NCBI GenBank assembly: GCA_024679065.1
Contig: JAGIQG010000009.1
Span: forward strand, 90,520,001-90,584,000
Direction: 5' to 3'
DNA length: 64,000 nucleotides
From: Sphyrna mokarran
Lineage: Eukaryota
The position numbers and the translations under genes are program-made. Below, in pieces: positions 11,770-25,169 of the stretch. The notes beneath the pieces are model-generated. The model made no database searches, was not told where the DNA came from, and saw only the letters and a program-made list of their open reading frames with translations. Positions within the stretch are counted from its first letter, which is position 1, and every line of letters begins with the position of its first letter.

Positions 11770-13950
11770 TTGAGGAGAGCACGGGACAGTGGGATTCAGG
11801 ACTATGTGGAGAGTTGGGGCAACGGGGTTAGTTTAGGATTTATACAGAACTATGGGGGGTTTGAGAATGGCTGTCAATAGGTTTTGTTTAGAAATGAGAA
11901 AGGATTATGGGCAGAGTTTGGGGAGTAGGTTTAGTCTGGGATAAAAGTGCATCATGGAGAGAATGCAAAGTGGTGTGATTAGTTTGGGATTGACACAGGC
12001 TTATGGGGGAGATTGGGGCAGTGGGATTAGTTTGAGATTGACAAAGGGAAATGGGGAATAGTGGGGAGATGTGATTAGATTAGGATTGACATAGGAGTAT
12101 GGGGAGAGTATGGGGCAGTGGGATTAGTTTGGGATTGACAGAGGGGTATTGGGGAGAGTGTGGCAATAGGATTAGATTGGGATCGATTTGATTTATTGTC
12201 ATATGTATTGAGATTCGGTAAAAAATACTGTTTCTTGTGCATTATACAAAGCATACAATTCATAGAGTATGTAGCAGAGAAGGAAGAGTGAGTTTGCAAA
12301 ATGTAGTGTTAGTGTCATAGTTAGGATAGATCAATTTAATGCAGAGCAGCAGGGGAGAAGCTGTTCTTGAGTTGGTTGGTACATGATCTCAGACTTTTGT
12401 CTCTTTTTTCGACGGAAGAAGGTGGAAGAGAATATGCCTGGGTTGCATAGGGTCTAATCACGTTGGCCGCTTTTCCAAGGCAGCAGGAAGTGTAGATGGA
12501 CTCAATGGATGGGAGACTGGTTAGCGTGGTCGATTGGGTTACTTTCACAGCGTTTTGTAGTTTCTTGCAGCGTTGGGCAGAGCAGGAATCATACCAAGCT
12601 GTGATACAATCAGAAAGAATGTTTTCTACGGTGTATCTGTAAAAGTTGGTAAGAGTTGTAACTGACATGTCAAATTTCCTTATCTTCTAAGAAAGTAAAA
12701 ATGTCCATGGGCCTTCATGTACCAACCAACTCAAAAACAGCTTCTTCCCTGCTGCCAATAGATTTTTGAGTGGACTTATCTTGCATTAAGTTGATCTTTC
12801 TCTACACCATAGCTATGACTGTAACACTGCATTCTGTAATCTCTTGTTTCCTTCTGCATGAATGTAGTGTTCTGTCTGTATAGCAAGCAAGAAACAGTAC
12901 TTTTCACTGTATACTAATTCAAGCAATAATACTAAATCAGATCAAATCAAATCACAATCAAATTCTTAAGTATAGTGTCAATATGGAGGAAACAGGATAC
13001 CTTGGAACTTGAAGCTCTTAATCATTTCTAATTCATCACTGTTAATGTAGATAGGGGCATGTCCTCCACTATACTTCCTTAAATTGATGATTATTTCCTT
13101 CGTTTTATTGACATTGAGGGACAGATTATTGTCATCACACCAGTTCATCAGATTCGTTATCTAATTCCTGTACTTAGTCTTGTCATTGTTTGAGATCCAA
13201 CCCACTAAGGTGGTGTTGTCAGCAAACTCAAAAATCAAACTGGAGGGGAATTTGGCCGCACTGTCATAGATGTATAAGGATTATAGTAAGGAGTTGAGAA
13301 AACAGTCCTGTGGAACACTAGTATTGAGGATGATTGTAGAAGAGGTGTTGTTGCCTATCCTTAGTGATTGTGGTCTGTATGTTAAGAAGTTTAAGATCCA
13401 GTCTCAAAGGGAGAAGCTGAGGCAAACAGACTATGGAATTTGGACATGAGTTTTGATGGAATAATGGTGTTGAAGGCTGAGTTGTAGTCAATAAATAGGA
13501 GCCTAATACAAGTAACTTTGTTATTCAGGAGTTCCAGGGTTGGGTGCAGGATCAGGGAGATGTCATCGGCTGTGGATACATTGCAGTGACAGTCAAACTG
13601 TACTGGATCGAGGCAGTCTTGGAGACCAGAGTACACTGACTAACCTGATACAGAGATATGGGGAGTGAATGGGATAGTTTGGTTAGATTGTGATTCACTG
13701 GATATAGGGAGAGAGTGGTGCAGTGGGATTAGTTTGGGGATTTACACAGGAATTTGGGGAGAATATGGAACACTGTGATTAGTTTGAGGCTGACACAGGA
13801 GTATGGGGACAGAGTGGAGTATTGGAATTATATTGGGAATGACACAAGCATATCAGAGAAGTTTGAAACAGTAGTATTAATTTGGAATCAATACAGGGAT
13901 ATGGGTAGAGAGGAGATTGGGGCAGCGTGATTAATTTGGGATTGATACAG
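11770..13950 (+). repeat. ~46-48 bp purine-rich tandem repeat, split by a LINE insertion (arrays 11770-12175 and 13640-13950)
   Basis: Recurring cagtgggattagtttgggattgacacagg...tatggggagag units on both sides of the Rex1-like insertion. Confidence 0.75.
12175..13640 (-). mobile_element. Rex1/Babar-type LINE remnant with a nested plus-strand 3' end (12715-12955)
   Basis: LFIDYNSAFNTIIP, TLTNFYRYTVENILSDCITAWY and LKNSFSPAA motifs; (aaatc)n tail. Another 3' fragment at 11485-11660. Confidence 0.8.
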
Positions 13951-14504
13951 ATGAAAAGATTTTCTCTTCATCACATTTGCTTCTTTTGTAAATCAGTTTC
14001 AATCTGTGCCCTCTGGTTCCTGGTTGTTTTATGAATGGGAACATTTCCTCTGTATATTCTCCTTCCAGTCCTCTTACGATTTTGAAAATCAAATCTCCTC
14101 TTAGCCGCCTTCTCTTCAGGCAGGACAGTCCCAAATTCTCCAATCTATCGTCATAACTGAAGATTCTCATTCTTGCAACAATTATTGTAAATGTTTTATG
14201 CAATGTCATCAATACATTCACGTCTTCCTAGTTGGCATCCAGAACTGTATACATTACTCCAATGGAAGTTAATTAGTGTCTTGCATAAGTTAAGCAGAAT
14301 CTCCTTGCTCTTGTACTCTGTGCTCCTATTAATAAAGTCCATTACATTATTTGCCTCAGTAACAGCTCTCCACCCATACTCCGCCACCTTCAATGATCTA
14401 TGCACAGATACATTCAGGCCTCTCTGCTTCTGCAGCCCTTAACAATTTTACCCTATACTTCATATTGTCTTCCATTTTATTTTATATTATCCCCAAGAGA
14501 TTGT

Positions 14505-14760
14505 TTCTGTTTGAGGGGTTGTGCCAAATTGAAGGCCTGGGCTTGGTAGAGGGTCTGCTTCAATTTGAGGGGTTATATTGGTTGGAGACTCTTATCAGTT
14601 TGAGGGGTTATATTGGTTGGACAGTCTGCATCAGTTGGATTCTGTGTATTTGTATATTTTGAGAAGCTGTATTGTTGGCATCATGTATTCATGTAAAGAA
14701 AGTATATTAGTGTAAGGTGCTAAATTAGTATAAGGTGCTGTATTAGTTTGAGATGCTGTG
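14505..14760 (+). repeat. Degenerate ~18/36-bp tandem repeat
   Basis: tttgaggggttatattggttgga... units, decaying to the right. Confidence 0.55.
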
Positions 14761-15059
14761 CTGAGAACAGATCTGTGAAGTAAACAGTTTTTAGCCACCC
14801 CTCAAGTGTTTCTTCCAGAAAGTAAGATTATTGTAAATGCTTCAGAGCATTGCCTCAGTATGTGCACTGATGTGCTAGACTCCTCTATCATTGAGGATGG
14901 AGATATTTGTGGTGCCTCCTTCTCCAGCAAGTTGTTTAATTGTCCAAAACCATTCACGACTAGATGTGGAAGGACTGCTTAGATCTGATCCATTGGCTGT
15001 GGAATCATTTAGCTCTATCTGCTGTTTTTGAGAATCTTGAACAATGACTCCCATTTAGA

Positions 15060-16730
15060 AAATGGTTTATGCCTCCATTTCTCCTCCCAAAGTGCATAAT
15101 CTCACACTTTTCCACATTGTATTCTATCTGCTACTTCTTTGCTCACTCTCCTAAACTGTCCAAGTCCTTCTGCAGCCCTCTGCTTCCTCAATATTACCTG
15201 TCCCTCTACATATCTTTGTATCACCTGCAAACTTAGCAAGAGTCCTTTCAGTTCCTTTCTACAAATTGTTAATGTATAATGTACACCACTAGTCACTGGT
15301 TGCCATTATGCTAACCCCACTCTCTGCCTTTTGCCAGTCAACCAATCCTCTATCCATGCGAGGGTCTTACACTTAACAACACTGGCACTTAACTTATTTA
15401 ACAGTCTCATATGCAGTGCCTTGTCAAAGGCCTTCTAGAAATATGAATGTTCACTAGCTCTCCTTTAACTTCCTTGTTACCTCCTCAAAGAACACTAACA
15501 GATTTGTCAGACATGGCCTCCCCTTGACAAAGCCAGGATGACTCAATCCTACTTTATCGTGAACTTCCAAGTACTCTGCCATCTCATCTTTAATAATGGA
15601 TTCTAAAATCTTGCCAATGAACGAAGTGAGGCTAACTGGCCTATAATTTTCCGTCTGCTGCCTCCCTCCCTTTTTATACAGCGATGTTATATTCACTGCT
15701 TTCAGTACTCTGGTACCCACCCTGCCATCAGAGATCCCTGAAAGATCACCACCAATGCCTCCACAATTTCTTCAGCTATTTCTTTTAGAATCCTGGAATG
15801 TAGTGTATCTGGTCCATGTGACTTATCCACCTTCCGAGCTTCAGTTTCCCCAGAATCTTCTTATGATGGCCACTACACTTACTTATTCCTTGACTCTCCT
15901 GGAGCTCTGGCATTCCGTTGCGTTGTCCACCATGAAGGCTGATGCAAAGTATCTATTCAATTCCTCTGTCATTGCTTTATTTCCTATTATTACTTTTCCA
16001 GCCTCATTTTCCAGCGGTCCAATGGCTATTTTTGCCTCTGTTATCTTTTATATATTGAAAAATACTCTTCCTATCCTCTTTGATATTAGTAGCTAGCTTA
16101 CACTCATATTTCATCTTCTCCCTCTCCCCCCCCACCCCGACCATTGCTTTTTTAGTTGTTCACTGCTCACTTTTAAAGGCTTCCCAATTCTCTGGCTTCC
16201 CACTTTTATGCTTTTTCTTTTGCTTTTATGCTGTCCTCGTCAGCCATGGATGCCTTGTACTCCCCTTAGCATGTTTTCTCCTCCTTGGGATGAATTTCTG
16301 TTGTGTCTCCCGAATAACTCTCAAAAACTCCTGCCTTTGCTGTTCCACTGTCTTCCCTACTGGCTCCCTTTCCAATCAACTCTGGCCAGCTCTTCCCTCA
16401 TGTCTTTGTAGTTACCTTTATTTAATTGTAACAACATTACATTCGATTCCAGCTTTGCCCTCTCAAACTGCAGGGTAAATTCTATCATATCGTGATCACT
16501 GCTCCCTAAGAATTTCTTCATCTTAAGTTTCCTAATCAAGTCTGCCTTATTATACATCATCAAATCCAGAATTGCCTGTTCCCCAGTAAGCTCTGTCACA
16601 AGCTGCTCCAAAACAAAACATCTCTTAAGACATTCCACAAGTTCTTTTTCTTGGGATTCACTATCTACCTGATTTTCCCAGTCCGCCTGCACATTGAAGG
16701 CCCCCATGATTGTTGTAATGTTGCCTTTTT
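15060..16730 (-). mobile_element. CR1 LINE ORF2 fragment, degenerate
   Basis: ENYRPVSLTS, CLTNLL, ILDLMM and SSDH motifs. Confidence 0.85.
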
Positions 16731-17703
16731 TATTACCCCCTTCTCAAGGGGGCAATCTGTGTGTGATGCCACAGGACAATGAAAGGGTGTTAAATGAATA
16801 TTTCCTATTGATCTTCACTCAGGAAAATGTGAATGTAGTACAGAGTTCAGGTAAAGGGATTGTGAGGAACTTGCATAGTTTGACATCAGAAATGAAGAGA
16901 TATTTGAGGCTCTGATGGGCTTAAAAGTGGACAGATCCCCGGGTATAGATGAATTTGCATCCCATTGGGAGGCAAAATAGGAAATTGCATGAGGCTCTGG
17001 CACAAATTTTTTATTCCTCTCTGGGGAAATACCAGAGGACTAGATATTAGGTAACATGGTTCCACTTTTTAGCAAGAGTATTAGAGATGAACCATAAAAT
17101 TACAGACCAGTGAGTCTCACGTCAGTGGTAGGGAAACTATTGGAGAAAATTCTTGAGATGATAATTAATCTCCACTTGGGGAAGCGTGGATTACTTAGGG
17201 ATAGTGAGCATGGCTTTGTCAGAGGAGGTCATGCCTAACAAATTGAGAGAATTTTTCAAAAATGTGATGGAGTGTGGGGATAAGGGAAGTGCAGCTAATA
17301 TAGTTTATATGAATTTTAGCATAGTCTTCCACACAATCTCCCATGGGAGACTGAGAAGTTTGAAGCATTTCAGGGGAACTTGGTGAGATGGATTAGAAGC
17401 TGGCTTAGGGATTGGTGGTAGAAGGTTGTTTTAGTGACTGGAAGCTGGTGTTCAGTGGCGTACCACAATATTCAGTGCTGGGACACTTTCTGTTTGTTAT
17501 ATACACAAATGGTATAGATGATCAAGTGGGAAGAATGATAGCAAGATTGCTGATGACACCAAGATTGATAAGATGGTTAATAGAGAAAAAGTCATAGGTT
17601 ACAGTAAGATATCGATGGGTTGGTCAGATGGGTAGAGCAATGGCAGATGGTATTTAACTAATAAACACGAGATGATGCATTTTGGAAGAAATAACAAGAC
17701 AAA

Positions 17704-18504
17704 TATGATGTTAGTGTATCTTTAAGAGATCTTTTCTTTAAAATCATGTTCTCTATAGTTCTCAGCTCTCATTGCTGCCGAGTTTTCTCTAGGAGTCCTT
17801 TTATTGCTACTTAAGTGAGGTTGTTTATTTTTACTTCGGGATCTTTTCTGAATCTGCGTTGTTAGGAAGAGGATCATAGGTTCTGGACAATTTTTTTTGC
17901 CTTCATAATGATTTTAAGGTTTCACTTTTTGTTTGGCTGTAGTTTGAGTTTTAGTTTTAGAAGGGATATCAAGCTGGAAATAAGTCTCTCTCTCTCTCTC
18001 TCTCTCCCTGGTTTTGGAAATTCTGCTGGTTAGCTGAAAGCAAGGCTTCTTGCCTTCCTGAAGGAAAGAATCTGCTATTGATGGTTTCGCCTAAAGTCTC
18101 TCTGATGTTCTAGGAAGCTGTTCAAGATATACCGAGAAGACTGCTAAAACTTACAAGACGGAGAGTTTTCAATTCTCCAACAAAAGGGCTCAGTTCCAGT
18201 ATCACATGAGCATCAGTCTATGCTGTGTTTACCTGTACAAAGAGTTTTGTATATAAAGGTTTTGATTTGATTGGAATATTTTAGATATATTTGTCAAGGG
18301 TATACATTATTGTGCTTGTTTTGTTTTTGTTTGTAAATGATAAAAGTTATTGCTAGTTTTATTTCCATACTTGTTATTTATATTCTTTAATAATCTGAAT
18401 CATCCTGAAGTGAAACATATCATGTTTATCCTCACCAAATACAAAACTAATGATCCACGCTGGCTCCAGAAAATACTTTGGAGTTTCTGACCTCAATCAT
18501 AACA
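17704..18504. mobile_element. Probable solo LTR inserted in CR1
   Basis: 800-bp non-coding insert with ends tatgat...ataaca (decayed TG..CA) and imperfect 4-bp flanks caaa/caag; CR1 is colinear on both sides. Confidence 0.45.
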
Positions 18505-19608
18505 CAAGGGAGTACTTAAAGAATGGCAGGATACTGGATAGCTCAGAAGAACAGATGCATTTTGGAGTACTTATTCACTGATCCCTAAAGGCAGCAGAGC
18601 AAGTGAATAGAGCTGCAAAATTGGGTAGAATAATTGTAGGTAAGTGCTTGTAAAATGCTAGGGAGAGTGCATTGTATGATCCCTTTTAAAAGGTGGTGTT
18701 TTTCTGTGTTACAAGAATTAAAAATGCACGTACATAGATACTCAAAATCAAACATTTATATCAAAAGGCCAAGCAGCAATGTTACCAAAACAACAAGCTT
18801 TTGAATTTAGCCTATTGGTTTGAATTGATACCAAAAACCTATTAAATTTAAATCTGATGGTTTTGACAACCCATGACCAATCCTATTGTGGAAAATATTC
18901 ATGTCATCACACGTATCAAAGAAGGGAGACAGTAAGACAAAAAGGGAAAGCAACTTCTGCAGATAACAGCTCATAGCACTCAAAGAGAGAGAATGATTTG
19001 CTGGCTATCATAGCTTCAGCTAGACCTTAGAAAAAGCACCATCTAAAAAACAAAGGTACAAAAGAAGAAAGAAGTTCCAGATATAAGAATCAATGAGAAA
19101 GCCCGGAATATTCCAGAAGACACAAAATCTGATTGTAATTTAGACAGTGACTAAATTCTACTATTTTGTTAATGAATGGAAATTGTATTTATTGGACAGC
19201 ATGCCATTAAAATCTTGTTTTATTCAGGACTAGTTAATGGTTAGAAGGGATTTATTCGGTTTGTGAATAGTTTAATTAATTTGTTCACTGTTAGGTAAAT
19301 AAACGCATTACATGTTGATTTTAGAGTGAATGTCAAGGATTCATTTCGTATTTAACCTCTAGAAGTTGCTGAAAAGCAGCTCACAGAACTTCACACACAC
19401 TTTTACAGATTATAAGGCAAGATATTCCTCTTTGGATGTTACGGTGTTAGTTCTCAGAGGAGGTGGGGAAATCAACCTCTGCTTTATAACATTAGGATAA
19501 TTAAGGAGGCATTTGGGATATTTAGGTCATTGAAATCCTACAGTGCAGAAGGCCATTTGGCCCATTGTTGCTTTTATCAGTTGGGGTATAAGAGTATAGG
19601 AGCAAAGA

Positions 19609-19880
19609 GGCTCAGTGGCACAGTGGTTAGCACTAGTGCTTCACACAGCAGGTTCAATTACTGGCTTGGGTCACTGACTGTGTGGGGTTTGCCCATTCTC
19701 CCCATATCTGCGTGAGTTTCCTCACAGTCCAAAAGACATGCTGGTTAGGTACATTGACCATGCTAAATTCTCCCTCAGTGTACCCAAACTGATGCCGAGT
19801 ATGGTGGCTAGAGGATTGTCACAGTAACTTCATTACACTGTTAACATAAGCCCACTTGTGACACTAATAAACTTTAAACT
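19609..19880 (+). mobile_element. tRNA-headed SINE with alternative tail
   Basis: gtggcacagtggttagcact...ggttcaatt head, HE1-like core, tail shared with 395-503 and 7715-7860. Confidence 0.75.
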
Positions 19881-20429
19881 TTAGCTGCACAGAACATTGG
19901 TTAGGCCACAGCTGGAGTACTGTGTGCAGTTCTGTCACTTCACCATCGGAAAGATGCGGTTGCACTATAGGATGTACATGGGGGGTGGGCAATGGGGGTG
20001 GGAAGGGGGGGAAAAAACAAAGACAGTGCATGGTAATCAGCAAGAGGTTTCCTTGCCCATGTGTAACTTGGTGCCATGAGACTTAAAAGGTCTAGAGTCA
20101 ATGTTGTGGACTCCTATAACAACACCCCTCCATATCCCATTATATCGCTGCCACCTCTGCTGGGAATGTCCTGCCTTTGGGGGTTATCTTTAAGGTATGA
20201 TTCTATGAGAAAGGCTATGCCAGGCTGTTGCTTGACTAGTCTGTGAGACAGCTCTCCCACTTTTGGCACAAGTCACCAGATGGTAGTAAGGAAGACTTTG
20301 CAAGGCCGACAGGGCTGTGTTTCGCATTGTCCATCTGGCTGCCTAGGTCAATACTGGGTGTTGTGTCTAATTTCATTTTTTTAATCCAATTTTCTGAAGT
20401 AATGTGACACAACTGAGTGCCTTGCTAGA

Positions 20430-20705
20430 CCATTTCAGGGTCAACCACACTGCCGTGGGTCTGAAATCATGTTTAGGTAAGGATGGCAGATTTTCTTCCC
20501 CGAGCATGTTAGTGAACCAAATGGGTTTTTACGACAATCAATAATGATCTTATTGTCATCATCAGACTCTTAATTCCAGATTTTTACTGAATTCAAACTT
20601 CACCATCTGATGTGATTGGATTCAAACCCTGATCCCCAGGGCATTACCTTGGATTACCCTGGTCTTTGGATTATTAGTCCAGTGACAAAAACACTGCCTC
20701 TCCGC
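20430..20705 (-). mobile_element. Second tRNA-derived SINE family (related copy at 51385-51540)
   Basis: Shared ttaattccagattttt...ggatt(t/c)(g/a)aaccc...cattacc(c/t)tgg...tggatta(c/t)tagtccag block, an antisense tRNA-like head. Confidence 0.6.
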
Positions 20706-21302
20706 ACCCAATCCAGAAATTGTTATCTTTGCGATTCACTGATGAAAGTAATCCAAACCAAATACTTCAAAGTATATAGAACATACAAGACAGAGAAGAA
20801 AAGTCCCAAAATATAATAAACACATATTGCACCTGGCCTGATACTGACTTTTATTCTGTTGTGCTACATACGTTTTCTGCACAACACAACGGAAATTCAA
20901 CACCGAACAGAGATTCATTGCTGACAATTACTCAATGAACCTCTTATTCTCATTCTCTGTATACCAAGGTTTGATTTAATTATAGATGTTGAGATATTTA
21001 TTAGATTTTAATTGTAAATGCAATCTAACATCCCTAATAACCATACCCACTCAACAGCCAGTTAAACTAATTAGCCACTTTTGAGGTGAAAAAGCATCAA
21101 TTGTAGCCTTTCGAGAATGAGGCAGGATTTTGTAGCCTCACTCATCCTGAGACTGTAAGATCGCGCCCGAGATCAACTGACCTTCCCATTCTCCACTGTG
21201 AACAGGGCAGTAACATTCTGGTGCTGAAGTCTGATTCTTACATAGCATCTTACTATAAACCAATTCTGAAACCAACTCCCAGATAATCAACTCCATACTA
21301 AC

Positions 21303-21584
21303 CCCAAAACACAGTTGCTGGCTCCTCCAGAGCCTCATGTTCCACATGACAGGAATACATGTCTCCAGGACTCGGTGTAAATTGCAGGTATGCGAATCTC
21401 TGGAAGGAATAATCCTTCTTTATATAATACTCTGTGATGTTAATACCATTTGTCAGTTCTTCATTGTTTCTCATAAACTTCATGCTGATACGTGGAGGGT
21501 AGAATCCATCAGCCAGACAGATCAATGCATTGGGCTGTCCCCATTCTACTGAGACTTCAGGGTACATGGCAGTCTGAGGGGCAA
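21303..21584 (-). CDS. MHC class II alpha chain, exon 3 (alpha2 Ig C1-set domain)
   Basis: 282 nt, the canonical size; CAG acceptor and GTTAGT donor. Contains GQPNALICLADGFYPP ... YSCHVEH ... VFW with both Ig cysteines. Confidence 0.97.
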
Positions 21585-21859
21585 CTGTGAACAGAGAAAG
21601 GAGACAGCATGGGTACAATTAACCAATGTGATTTAGCAGAATAAATAAAACATAAACAAATAGACTGCGTAGTATGGAAACTATACAATGAACAACTATA
21701 ATCAATTCCTAATCAGTAGAAGACTATCAGTTCAGATGAGAAATTAGGCTACTTCAGCATGCAGGGGAGAAATAACGAAAAAAAAGTTTACATTTATAAA
21801 GCTCTTGCCTCATGCTCGACACATCCTCACGTTCCTTATAAACAATGATTTCCAACTAT

Positions 21860-23390
21860 TATGAAAAGAACAAAGAAAGTTACAGCACAAGAACAAGCCC
21901 TTCAGCCCTCCAAGCCTACACCGGCCATGCTGTCTGAGTGAACTAAGATCCCCTACCCTTCTGGGGACCATTTCCCCCTATTCATGTATTTGTCAAGACC
22001 GCCCCCCCCTCCCCCAACCCCTTTATGTCACTATTATATCTACTCCCACTACATTCCCCGGCAGGGAGTTTCCAGGCACCCACGACCAGAATTGAACACT
22101 ATATTCCAAGTGTGCTCTAAAGTTCTATAGAGCTGCAATACAACTTGCCAATTTTTAAACTCAATGCTCCAGCCGATGAAGGCAAGCATGCCATATGTCT
22201 TCTTGACTACTTTTTCCACCTGTGTTGACACTTGCAGTGACCTGTGTTACTGTATACTCAGATCCCTTTGCCTGTCAGTACTCTTAAGGGTTCTGCCATT
22301 TACTGTATATTACCTATATGTATTAGACCTTCCAAAATGCATTACCTGATATTTGTCCAGATCAAATTCTATCTGCCATCTCTCCGCCCAAGTCTCCAAC
22401 TGATCTAGATCTTGCTGATGGTCCTCATCGCTATCCGAAAATCCGCCAATCTTTGTGCCATCCCCAAACTTACTAATCAAACCAGTTATATTTTCCTCCA
22501 AATCATTTATATATATTACAAACAGCAAAGGCCCCAGCACTGAACCCTGAGAGATGCCACTAGTCCCAGCCCTCCATTCAGAAATGTATCCTTCTACTGC
22601 TACCCTCTGTCTTCTATGACTAAGAAGTCTCACAACACCAGGTTAAAGTCTAACAGGTTTATTTGATAGCAAAAGCCACTAGCTTTCGGAGCACTGCCCC
22701 TTTGTTAGGTGAGTGGGAGTTCTGTTCACAAACAGGGCATATAAAGACACAAACTCAAGTTACAAAATAAGTCTCCACTTCTATGGCTGAGCCAGTTCTG
22801 TACCCATCTTGCCAACTCACCTTCATCTTCTGCACCAGTCTGCCATGAGGGATCTTGTCAAAGACCTTACTGAAGTCCATGTAGGCAACATCCACTGCCC
22901 TACCCTCATCAATCATCTTTGTCACTTCCTTGAAAAACTCAATCAACTTTATGGAGACACGACCTCCACTTCACAAAACCATATTGCCTCTTGATAATGT
23001 GTCCACTTATTTCCAAGTGGGAGTAAATCCTGTCTCGAAGAATCCTCTCCAATAATTTCCCTACCACTGATGTATGGCTCACCGGCCTGTAATTACCTGG
23101 ATTATTCTTGCTACCCTTCTTAAACAAAGGAACAACGTTGGCTATTTTCCAATCGTCTGGAACTTCCCATGTAGCCAGTGAAGATACAAAGATTTCTCTC
23201 AATGTCCCAGCCATTTCCTCCCTTGCTTCTCTCAGTATTCTGGGGTATATCCTATCAGGCTCTGGGGACTTGTCTACCTTAATGTTTCTCAACAATCCCA
23301 ATAACTCCTCCTTTTTGATCTCAACATGATCAAACCATCTACGCACACTTTCCCAGACTCATTATCCACCAAGTCCTTCTTTCTGGTGAA
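21860..23390 (-). mobile_element. CR1 LINE 3' half, disrupted
   Basis: GNYRPVS, MDFSKVFDKIPH and [11 protein letters not shown]; (gaacaaa) tail. Confidence 0.88.
22622..22777 (-). mobile_element. Short Penelope terminal-repeat insertion (internally deleted)
   Basis: Same terminus as 905; ends in a tctcca tail remnant; TSD cttctatgact / cttctatggct; hammerhead core decayed (CTAACAA). Confidence 0.8.
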
Positions 23391-25169
23391 GTGCAAGTGA
23401 AATTTCATCCCAGGCACACTAATGAAATGAAAATCCCGATTTCCATATTGTTATTAGTTCCTCACAAGCTGGAAATCTTAGGCTGGGAGTTGTGCAGAGG
23501 CTGTGACATCCAGAGGGAAGCCTGCAAAACTGGCTCCATTGATGTCTTCCTGCCCACTGTGTTGCTTGAGCAGTGCAGCAGACTGGGACAATCATACTCC
23601 TGATTGCAACCTCAATTCCTGCCTATTGCAATAACCTCTCAATATCTTGTTAATCAAGAATCTAATTCTGTTTCCACTGTCTTTTGAGGAAGAATCCCAG
23701 ACACACTCAGCCCTCAGGAAAAAAATTATCCTCATCTGTCTTAAATGAGTGACCCTTTATTTTTAAACAGTGATCCTCAATTCTTCGACAAGACATCCTT
23801 TCCACGTTCACCCCATCAGTCCCTTTCAGGAACTTAAGGTCTTTGATCAAGTCACCTAAACTTTTCTAAACTCCAGCATGATCTTTTCCTGTTACTAATC
23901 TTGTAAAACTCTTCTGAACAGCTTCCAAAACATTATAGGAAAGATATACATATTTTGGAAGCTGTTCAGAAATAAGGAAAGATATTGTCCACAATACTTC
24001 AGATGTGGTCTTGTGTATGGCCTGTACAACTGAGGCATAACATGATCAGAGTACTTCATGAATTGAAATTCTTGCATCCAATTTTTCTTTTTGAAAAGTG
24101 GATTTTGAATAAATATGGTTGTTAAATAGTTTATATATATATATGGTAATAGGGTTTGATCTCTGGGATCACTGTGGTAAAGACATCCCGCTAAAAATGA
24201 TCATTTTCAATATTCTACGAAAACCTGCTCTTAGTTACAAACTCCCAGTGGGATCAAGACCAGGATTCTTCCAAAGCACAACTAAGTGCCCAAAGGGCGG
24301 GAAACAAATGTATTTCCTATCTGTTTTTTGGATCATACTTGCCAGAACAAATCTCCAACACTGCATTGCAGAGGCTGCAGTTTTATTGACTCGCCCCACC
24401 CATCAATGGATGGAGCAAATCAGTAAAATCACACAAGAGCTAAGAAATCAGGATCACGCCCAATTTTCTCAGTTCTTGGGATTTTCCTGACACGATCAGC
24501 CTCGCGCCCATTTCCGACATGAGGTTGAATAATTATTTAAATATATTTGAGTAGTGTTTTGCATCTGTTTAATAAGCCTGGCATTCAATTGTCCAGGATC
24601 ACTTCATGGCTTTGCCAGAAGAGGTTCTCAGAGGAAAACACTGCTCTCAATCAATGGGGAACAGTAGTGTTGCCCTTACTGGCAGAACCAGAGGCTATTG
24701 ATCTGTGAAAGGAGGAAGGGAGGGTCTGCTGCTGCTTGTCAGAGGGTGGGTGTAAGATGGGGCAGCAAGGGCTATATTTACACATGGTGTGGGACTCGTG
24801 ATTGGTGCCAGCTGCAGCAACAGAGGGCTGATAGCTCCCCCTCTCTCTCTGTCAGGCCTCTGCTGTTGTAATTGCACACGTGCAGTCACAGAGGTCTGTA
24901 CTTATATAATAGCTCCCCCTGCTGCCTGAGCAGGCTGGCTGGCAATTTTAGGCCCACCCACCCCACTGCCTCCAGTAGCTAGAAACAGTCGAGCCCATTT
25001 TTTTCCAAGCACTATGTGCATAAAATTGACTGTAAAAACTCATCCAAAAACACAACAGCCCACTCTCCCATGTTCACGATAGTTGGACACAAATTTTCTT
25101 GCAAAATTCCACGCAGAATGTCTCAGGGGGATTTATGCCAGTAATTGGAGAAGGCTGGACCTCGTCCCA

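Larger units (their letters stand above)
16740..19975 (+). mobile_element. Degenerate CR1 ORF2 interrupted by two ~0.8-kb inserts and a SINE
   Basis: SGVPQYSVLG and RPQLEYCVQF; CR1 sequence resumes at 18505, 19492 and 19882. Confidence 0.75.
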
